Notes under the pieces: model-generated
What the model saw: only the letters and a program-made list of their open reading frames with translations
Database searches by the model: none
Told to the model about the DNA's origin: nothing
Sequence record: MZ634344.1
Reading direction: 5' to 3' (one strand)
Origin: Klebsiella phage PWKp9S
Length of the DNA stretch: 32,000 nucleotides
Program-made: the position numbers and the translations under genes
Shown here: one piece after another, positions 26,201 through 32,000 of the stretch
How positions within the stretch are numbered: the stretch's first letter is position 1
Layout: each line of letters begins with the position of its first letter

Positions 26201-28914
26201 GTATCGCTCGGCCGTGGTTCCAGTTGGACAATAAAACTACGGGGGCACCGTTAGGCTCCGTTCTAATTGGGGATATCCACTTTGAAGACCTGACTATGGA
26301 TGGTGCAGATGGTGCTACTGGTGCCACGGGCCCCCAGGGACCACAAGGTGGTAAGGGAGACACTGGGGCTACTGGACCACAGGGTAGCAAAGGGGATACT
26401 GGTCCACAGGGTAATAAGGGTGATACAGGAGCCACGGGTGCTACTGGTCCACAAGGTCCACAAGGTCCAAGCGGTACTAACGCCAAGGCTTTCGCACTAA
26501 CGTCCGATAGTTTGTCTTTTAGCTTCGATACTGATGGTAACCTAAAGTCTAACGGTACTATTAAGATTGATAGTTGGAGACAGAATACTAGTGCTTCGAT
26601 AACCTGGACGGCAAAAAACCAGGCAGGAGCTAACATAGCTTTAGGTGGCACAGCCACTAATAAGACTATTACCTCCGCCCAGTTTGGGAGCTCGGACTAC
26701 GTTACAGTAACCGCAACATGTGATGGAATGACGGATACTATCACAATCGTTAGGTTACAGGATGGTGTGAACTCTCTAGTAGGGTACTTGACTAACGAAT
26801 CTGCCTCTGTTCTATGTAACCCTTATGGGTTTATTCAGAACTGGAACGGCACTAATGGTCATTTCAAGGTGTTCTACGGAACGGTTGACGTTACTAGTCA
26901 GTGTACTTTCGGAGTAGAGGTTGTTAGTGGAGTTGACCAGAAAGAGAACTTAAATGGAAACATTAATTCCTCTGGCTATTATTCTCCTAGTGGTATGCCT
27001 GATGGTGTAGACGTGGTATCTGGCTGGGTCAATTACCAAGCTACTCATCCTAAGTATGGTACCTTAGTTAAGCGCTATACCCTTAAAAAGAGTATTCCAG
27101 GGATTGGTTACGATAGGGTTATGACGGGCTCTTTTGACAACGGATCATCGAGTAGCTGGGGCAAACCTATAGTTGATGTTACCGGAGGAGACCCGGGAGG
27201 GCACAAGAAAGCGTTTTCTGTGAACTCACGTGATACCTACGAGGGTAACAACTGGTTCCCTACTAAGAAGGGGATGAAATACCGTATAACAGCTTGGGTT
27301 AACAACTCAGGAGGAGAATATGCCCTTAACGTCGGTTTACACTGTCGAAGCGCGGATAGGGATAACACGGGATGGCCAGTATCTACCGTAGCTCCTGCTA
27401 AAGATGCTACTGGATGGCGACTGGAAAGCAGGGTGATTACTGTAGGGGACCGTTCTGATGGTAAGCCGACTGTCGAGGCCAGACCGTTTATCCAGATGGG
27501 TGGCGGCGCAAATCCTTTCGGCATTGCATACATTGCGGCTATAGCGATTGAAGACCTGTCTATGGATGGTGCAGATGGTGCTACTGGTCCACAAGGTCCA
27601 CAAGGTAATACTGGTCCACAAGGTCCACAAGGTAACAAGGGTGATACTGGTCCTCAGGGTAACAAGGGCGATACTGGTGCTACTGGTCCGCAAGGGCCAG
27701 CAGGTAACTCTGTAAACGTTCAATGGTCTAAGGATGGGTCTACTAACTGGCACAGTACGTTCACTTCAGGTGATCTGTACATGCGTCAGCAGGTGAATGG
27801 ATCCTGGGGTCCTGCGATCAGAGCAGTAGGTGAGAACGGGGCTAATGGTACTCCAGGTTCTAAAGGCAACTACGTAAGCATGAAATTCGCCGTAATGGCG
27901 AGTACTCCTAGTAGGCCTTCTGGTAGTAATCCGGCTGGCTGGTCAGATAGCCCTCCTCCAGGTAGCCCTCTATGGATGGTTAAGGCCGAGTTTAACGGGG
28001 AAACTAATGCTATTATGGGTAATTGGTCAGATCCTATTCGCCTAGACGGGGATAGTATTAATGAGAACCTGTTCTACTTTAAAGCCTGGTTAGACTCTAT
28101 TACCGGAGTTGCGGGCAATGGCTCATCTATAGGTAAGAACTATGAGTTACTGAGGGCTAGGATAATTGCAGGTACAGGAGTAACCGATGCATACACCAAC
28201 CCTTCAGATGGTCCTACTTCCATGTTCACCTACCTCCCTCCAAGCACTACGTATACTATGTCTTTCGAGACAGATAACGCTGTGGAAGTTCGTTGTCATG
28301 TATTCTGGTACGCTAAGGGAAGTAACAGCACTGGAGGGGTGCTGAAGACTATTGCGTCTACTACTGCAGGTTTGAGCAGCTTTACCTTCACTACACCGGC
28401 TAATTCAGATAGGATATCTGTTAGATTCTCTGTTAACGAATCCGGCGGGAATAACGTTGTTGGAAGGTGTAAGATTGAAAAGGGACCTTTCGTAACAGCA
28501 TACGTTCGTAACCAGTATGATGCCGTAGGGGATCGTGGGCCGGGGTTCTACACCCAGCCGATATCAAACCTGACTGCGTGGAATGACACTCAAGCAGCAT
28601 CGTTCTTCCAGTCAACCTTCGCTGGACCGCCAGTTAAGTATGATGTACTGACTCAGTATAAGTCAGGTTCCCCTCAGAACTCCTGGACTCGCCAATGGAA
28701 TGGCTCAGCATGGACAGCTCCTGCACTAACTGTTCACGGTGATATGATCGTTTCCGGCTCTATCACTGCGGATAAGATTATTGCAAACAACGCGTTCCTG
28801 GCGCAAATTGGTGTTGACATCCTATACAATAGGGCTGCCGCACTGAGTTCTAACCCGGAAGGTACGTACACAATGAAAATAGACCTGGCTAACGGGTACA
28901 TTCATATAAGGTAA
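23242..28914 (+). CDS. Central straight fibre/spike protein, pb4-like N-terminus with long modular collagen-like extension
   Basis: 1890 aa; [50 protein letters not shown] matches recollected T5 pb4 N-terminus; FNIII domains, Ig-like and jelly-roll-like modules, three Gly-X-Y tracts. Confidence 0.85.
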   Translation: MISNIAPAKMVLQNIVTGYTIASIQHSIFSDYDVIGRTFWLTTGGVTTRRDFTGVDTFIATINNLIAGATYSAQGAFYDSMVDAELMAAKVGMNLSSTVNFKMKTAPKITKVSSFAESVDVGVGAPMVVVELSGEAEYVTIEMKPEGSSTWTKYYRGPITEQIIFGGVPVGRYNIRVSGVVTMPDGVTVDVSGYDTWPSLFNLTYNFTPPSAPTNLRFKTAHIQDGMERFDVRLEWDWTRGAGANVREFIIQYISNDEFAKTGWTKANKLNVGAAKAGTITSFPYKIRHRFRVLSVAWGPDTQSITNSTEVTYIIDESTTFDNAFINETGVEMTYAGIKGKLWNSNTKQWEQTFLVDAATGAVVLGTLDENGKAPISFDPVNKIVNVDGKVITKDINAANVILTNLTGKDNPAIFTQGKKYGNNAGGVWMGVDNVDGKAKFDLGNNTQYVRWDGDTLRISGNVVIGTPGGDVDLETGMQGKQTVFAYKLGTSLPSRPLDQVYPPTGWSAFPPNRTDQNQNVYVVQGTLDPKKNPPALVDGTNYSAASQWSGVPGTGGTDGSNGDYTVQIYQISANKPTKPGNINDPSGWSRTPPTGTPLWMCSGRFNGNTNALTVEGWSDPIRVDGEKGATGATGATGPQGSKGDTGATGPQGPQGPKGNAGDNAKGFALTSDYQSFVYDTAGDIKSAATILFKGLKQNTTAGITWSAVNDKGAAVTLMNSGDNRQLTAANFGASKWVTVTATCDGLSDQITVVRLQDGENVLTAVLTNEAATVLSNYSGYWQSLENAKGQMRVWYGSTDVTSQCTFSEGGRSNATPSINSSNGNYSVTDMSNGTDITEGWVDIKATHPKYGAITKRFAVTKVFLAKSYEMLITSTFENGKKGSWDGAVQDVTGPTNQSITKALRITSRDTLEGKNTIPVVPGQKVRIRFWYNAEGLQEAHFRAGFIIQRNAGGRSYPSRTILTGPSSNNSWVYFDQELTLGTNDGGIARPWFQLDNKTTGAPLGSVLIGDIHFEDLTMDGADGATGATGPQGPQGGKGDTGATGPQGSKGDTGPQGNKGDTGATGATGPQGPQGPSGTNAKAFALTSDSLSFSFDTDGNLKSNGTIKIDSWRQNTSASITWTAKNQAGANIALGGTATNKTITSAQFGSSDYVTVTATCDGMTDTITIVRLQDGVNSLVGYLTNESASVLCNPYGFIQNWNGTNGHFKVFYGTVDVTSQCTFGVEVVSGVDQKENLNGNINSSGYYSPSGMPDGVDVVSGWVNYQATHPKYGTLVKRYTLKKSIPGIGYDRVMTGSFDNGSSSSWGKPIVDVTGGDPGGHKKAFSVNSRDTYEGNNWFPTKKGMKYRITAWVNNSGGEYALNVGLHCRSADRDNTGWPVSTVAPAKDATGWRLESRVITVGDRSDGKPTVEARPFIQMGGGANPFGIAYIAAIAIEDLSMDGADGATGPQGPQGNTGPQGPQGNKGDTGPQGNKGDTGATGPQGPAGNSVNVQWSKDGSTNWHSTFTSGDLYMRQQVNGSWGPAIRAVGENGANGTPGSKGNYVSMKFAVMASTPSRPSGSNPAGWSDSPPPGSPLWMVKAEFNGETNAIMGNWSDPIRLDGDSINENLFYFKAWLDSITGVAGNGSSIGKNYELLRARIIAGTGVTDAYTNPSDGPTSMFTYLPPSTTYTMSFETDNAVEVRCHVFWYAKGSNSTGGVLKTIASTTAGLSSFTFTTPANSDRISVRFSVNESGGNNVVGRCKIEKGPFVTAYVRNQYDAVGDRGPGFYTQPISNLTAWNDTQAASFFQSTFAGPPVKYDVLTQYKSGSPQNSWTRQWNGSAWTAPALTVHGDMIVSGSITADKIIANNAFLAQIGVDILYNRAAALSSNPEGTYTMKIDLANGYIHIR
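25117..25230 (+). repeat. Collagen-like Gly-X-Y tract 1 (38 aa)
   Basis: [38 protein letters not shown]. Confidence 0.95.
26302..26475 (+). repeat. Collagen-like Gly-X-Y tract 2 (58 aa)
   Basis: [58 protein letters not shown]. Confidence 0.95.
27568..27705 (+). repeat. Collagen-like Gly-X-Y tract 3 (46 aa)
   Basis: [46 protein letters not shown]. Confidence 0.95.
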
Positions 28915-28917
28915 CAA

Positions 28918-29337
28918 ATGAGCACGGAAAACAGAGTAGTTGATATTATCCTTGATCAAAACGTATCATACGGACTGATGCTACAGTTCATGGATATCGA
29001 TGACTCTGCTTACCCAGCAACGGAAACCCCTGTCAATTTGACAGGGGTAACCCTTAAGTCTTCAATTAAAGACTCTCTGGAATCCACTGGGATAAAATTA
29101 GCAGATTTCGTCGTAACAGTAGTGAATGCTACACAAGGTCAGGCGTCGCTAGGATTGACAGCGGCTACCGTGGCAACAATCGTCAGCAAGGCAAGTAAAG
29201 AACGAGATAAATATAATCCTAGACTTCGGTTCGCTGGTTACTACGATGTAATCATGAATAAAGGAACAGGAGCTACCGCTACCTCTTACAGAGTTATGGA
29301 AGGGAGCGTGTACGTCAGTGATGGAGTAACCGCGTAA
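28918..29337 (+). CDS. L-shaped tail fibre collar/attachment protein (T5 p132-like)
   Basis: 139 aa, BppU-N-like pattern (LMLQFMDIDDSAYPATETPVNLTGVTLKSSIKD); immediately before the tail fibre gene as in T5. Confidence 0.75.
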   Translation: MSTENRVVDIILDQNVSYGLMLQFMDIDDSAYPATETPVNLTGVTLKSSIKDSLESTGIKLADFVVTVVNATQGQASLGLTAATVATIVSKASKERDKYNPRLRFAGYYDVIMNKGTGATATSYRVMEGSVYVSDGVTA

Positions 29338-31865
29338 TGGCTATTACAACAAGAATTATTGCACAACAGGTTACAGCCCTTGACGGAGCTAACTCAAGGG
29401 TAAGTAAATACCCCAAATTTACTGTACAGCTAGGCTACTCAGTTAGCTCCATGGCTGCTACGGAGTTATTAGATGCTGCCTCCAGAGCCGAAGGCTCTGC
29501 TTTAGCAGCCAAAGATGCCGAAACCACGATCAAGAATATCTTAGGCCCTAACGGGGATAATCCCCAAGGGTCTTTAAAGTTTGTTAATAAAGATAACTCA
29601 GGAGCAACGACCAAACATCTGGAAGGCGTGACAGGGGACAATGATGGATGGTACATAGGTTCTGGATCCGATGGCACCAATAAGGGATTCCTAGAGATTG
29701 GTGTAATTGATGATGGGGACGAGGAGATACGAGTAGTCCAGCGTGGACCGGCCAATAGTATTCGTAGGATACTGAAACTCCTAGATACCGCTGGTCACAC
29801 CCGTATTCCCGGCAACCTCTACACGGAAGGGGCTGCAACTGTAGTACGTAACAAGGCGTACTTTGGGGCAGGAGGTGCGGATATATACATGCGTAATACT
29901 GCAGGAGGTAACGATAACCAGTTAACCATAACAGACGCCAGAGAACTCCTATTCAAGGGTAAACAAGTATTCTACGATACCCAGAATTTATCAGCATTAG
30001 CTAACCTAGTAAGGGCAGGAGTTAGCACTGGTAACGCAAGTTCATGGCTGAAGCTGGCTACTGTTACTAACCCGGGCTCCTCCGCAGCTAAGGCAGAATT
30101 TATGATATCTGGTGTAGACCAATTTGGTGCTACACACGGCGGAACAGATTTTGTCAGCATATCTGGTCGTGGGATGCCATCAACTATTAATAGTGACAAC
30201 ATTGACCTGGTCTTGAAGGTACGCAGACTAAGTGGTATGTCTCCTACAGAAGGGATGCGTTATGGTATCGTCCAAATATCAGCAACAAAGTATGACTTCT
30301 ATGTGCAGATGACCAACTATATATCAAATCCTGCCATAGCCTGTCTACAATATTCGGGTAGTGTGGTTCTATACCCTACTCCAGAGATTACTACCGAGGC
30401 ACCTGGTTTTATCCGTGGTAACGTATACTCTATCTATGACTCCCAGAACGGTTTTGGTGTAGCTAGTAGAACCACTGGAGAACAAACTATAGATTCCCCT
30501 ATGCTCTCAGTTAGGGGGATAACTAAGGGCTACCAAGTAGCTGCTCAGGGAATGGTAGATTGGACTCCGCCCTCACAGGGAGCATACATGAACTGGAACT
30601 GGCGGTCTGGGACTGGATTCACTAACTTCTTTAACCACCGAGGAGGTGGCCCAGGGGGCTTTGACTGGTATAACGGCACGGGTTCTACTTGGACTCGGCT
30701 CATGAGTATATCCTCTGAGGGTAAGCTAGAGGTAGTGGGTGAAATTGAAACCGCAGGAGATATATGGTGCGGTAGGCCTGGTGCAGCTTTCCATGCAAAC
30801 GACTCCACGGATTCCAGTAACGCTCATATATGGTTCAAGGGAAATAATAAGGAAAGGGCGGTTATATACGCTCCGCCTTCAACGGACAATTTGGGTACTT
30901 TAAAAGTAAGGGCTAAAAACAAGGCAGGGGTCTCCGCAGGGGATTTTGAGTTTAGAAGTGACGGCATATTTAGTACCAAAAAGATATCTGTTACAGACGC
31001 CGCGTACGCCAACGTAGGTTCCTTGTGGTATCCTATTATCCCTAGCACCTATGACCTCAATAACCTGATATTCTCCTCAGGGGAAGACGGGAGCGAAAAA
31101 GGGTTTGATTGCCCATCCGAGGCAGGTGGCGCTGCAGTACTCAACAAACCTAATGGGGTAAAAGGCAACTTCAGAGTTAGAGTGGATAGAGTCCGTAGGA
31201 ATACGGATACAGACACCATACACCGTCAGGTGCTGATAGCCGGGGATACCAAAGCATCCTATGAAAGATGGCACTACAATAGCGGTGGAACTATGGTATG
31301 GTCTGAATGGACTCGACAATTAGTGGAGTCAGGGGATATTACCACGTTTTCTGATGATGCTATGATCTACCTCGGTAAGGATAAAGACCTGGGTATGATG
31401 AAGAAAAGGGGATCTAACGGTAAGATGGTCTACGCCCACGGTAAGAAATTCACCGTAGCTAAAATGAGTACGGATACCTCGCTGACCGTATCTGGGGCCG
31501 TAGTAGATGTTATGACCATAGACTCTACGGGAGCCGCTACTCTTACTGGGTCTTGGACTGCGACGGACTTTGTTAAGTCCTCGGATGCTAGACTGAAGAC
31601 TAACTTAAAGGAGATCGAAAATCCTCTTCAAAAGGTATCGCAGCTAACAGGGTATACGTACGATAAGGAGCTGCCTTTAGGCGGGGCTTCCCTAGAGGCT
31701 GGCTTGATCGCCCAGGATATTCAGAAAGTACTTCCAGAGGCTGTCAGGGAAGGAGAAGATGGAATGCTTGGTGTTAGTTATGATGGGGTTGTAGCCTTAT
31801 TGGTTAACTCTGTCAAAGAACTTACAGAACGTGTTGCATACCTTGAATCTCAGTTGAAGGGATAA
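29337..31865 (+). CDS. ltf: L-shaped tail fibre with C-terminal S74-type intramolecular chaperone
   Basis: 842 aa; C-terminus SSDARLKTNLKEIENPLQKVSQLTGYTYD...GLIAQDIQKVLPEAV...SYDGVVALLVNSVKEL is a canonical S74 chaperone domain. Confidence 0.9.
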   Translation: MAITTRIIAQQVTALDGANSRVSKYPKFTVQLGYSVSSMAATELLDAASRAEGSALAAKDAETTIKNILGPNGDNPQGSLKFVNKDNSGATTKHLEGVTGDNDGWYIGSGSDGTNKGFLEIGVIDDGDEEIRVVQRGPANSIRRILKLLDTAGHTRIPGNLYTEGAATVVRNKAYFGAGGADIYMRNTAGGNDNQLTITDARELLFKGKQVFYDTQNLSALANLVRAGVSTGNASSWLKLATVTNPGSSAAKAEFMISGVDQFGATHGGTDFVSISGRGMPSTINSDNIDLVLKVRRLSGMSPTEGMRYGIVQISATKYDFYVQMTNYISNPAIACLQYSGSVVLYPTPEITTEAPGFIRGNVYSIYDSQNGFGVASRTTGEQTIDSPMLSVRGITKGYQVAAQGMVDWTPPSQGAYMNWNWRSGTGFTNFFNHRGGGPGGFDWYNGTGSTWTRLMSISSEGKLEVVGEIETAGDIWCGRPGAAFHANDSTDSSNAHIWFKGNNKERAVIYAPPSTDNLGTLKVRAKNKAGVSAGDFEFRSDGIFSTKKISVTDAAYANVGSLWYPIIPSTYDLNNLIFSSGEDGSEKGFDCPSEAGGAAVLNKPNGVKGNFRVRVDRVRRNTDTDTIHRQVLIAGDTKASYERWHYNSGGTMVWSEWTRQLVESGDITTFSDDAMIYLGKDKDLGMMKKRGSNGKMVYAHGKKFTVAKMSTDTSLTVSGAVVDVMTIDSTGAATLTGSWTATDFVKSSDARLKTNLKEIENPLQKVSQLTGYTYDKELPLGGASLEAGLIAQDIQKVLPEAVREGEDGMLGVSYDGVVALLVNSVKELTERVAYLESQLKG

Positions 31866-31868
31866 AAT

Positions 31869-31902
31869 AAAACCCCAGTCGGAGCAATCCGCTGGGGTTT
31901 TT
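31869..31902. terminator. Bidirectional Rho-independent terminator between converging genes
   Basis: AAAACCCCAG / CTGGGGTTTT with inner CGGA-GCAA-TCCG stem; T-run on +, A-run upstream giving a T-run on minus. Confidence 0.88.
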
Positions 31903-31906
31903 CTAT

Positions 31907-32000
31907 TTACATCTTACCAGAACTTCCGAAGCCACCTTCGCCACGATCAGTGTCTGTCAGACTGTCGACAATTTCAATATCGTTGGGGTTATAATGAGGT
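31907..32000 (-). CDS. dut: dUTPase, C-terminal end (truncated by window edge)
   Basis: Reverse complement reads ...PHYNPNDIEIVDSLTDTDRGEGGFGSSGKM*, with dUTPase motif V (RG-x-GGFGS-x-G). Absent from the supplied ORF track because its start is outside the window. Confidence 0.85.
   Translation of the reverse strand, partial: PHYNPNDIEIVDSLTDTDRGEGGFGSSGKM

Noticed and set aside
26109-27753. Minus-strand ORFs (182, 133, 138 aa) rich in PCGPCGP and LWTLWTS repeats, and the + frame ORF 26300-26500
   Set aside because: They are antisense or shifted-frame reads of the Gly-X-Y repeats.
29584-31319. Multiple short minus-strand ORFs in the tail fibre gene
   Set aside because: No domains, no gene-like spacing; the + strand ORF is continuous and has a clear S74 C-terminus.
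1-32000. Search for CRISPR arrays, tRNAs, integrase/transposase, toxin-antitoxin or defence modules
   Set aside because: No repeat-spacer pattern, no clover-leaf-like gene, and all substantial ORFs are assigned to virion morphogenesis; the only nuclease is the HNH protein next to terL.

Overview
The window is a late/structural gene block of a T5-like siphophage (Demerecviridae-type synteny). I recognised it from remembered T5 protein sequences, sizes and gene order; no database search was run. Left to right on + : end of a small ORF; two small membrane-anchored ORFs on the minus strand; pb5/Oad-like receptor-binding protein; small and large terminase; HNH endonuclease; portal; Ig-like decoration protein (pb10-like) split by a frameshift; prohead protease; major capsid protein; head-tail connector proteins; tail terminator; tail tube; baseplate tube protein; tail-assembly chaperone pair with an overlapping +1 frame; tape measure; Dit/pb9; hub/pb3; a very long pb4-like central fibre with collagen-like tracts; p132-like collar; L-shaped tail fibre with an S74 chaperone; and, on the minus strand at the right edge, the C-terminus of a dUTPase that the supplied ORF track misses. 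The most interesting signals are: (1) a second Ig-like domain in the +1 frame right after the decoration-protein stop codon, while the tail tube protein lacks the C-terminal Ig domain I remember in T5 pb6; (2) a +1 (or -2) overlap between the tail chaperone ORFs with a TTT-C slip candidate; (3) a duplicated Ig/jelly-roll/collagen module architecture in the 1890-aa fibre; (4) a terminator/promoter layout with strong hairpins inside the morphogenesis cluster, one abutting the tape measure start; (5) a duplicated 46-bp element encoding an 11-codon mini-ORF in a hairpin-rich convergent intergenic region. I found no defence system, CRISPR array, transposon or tRNA, and no convincing wholly new system.
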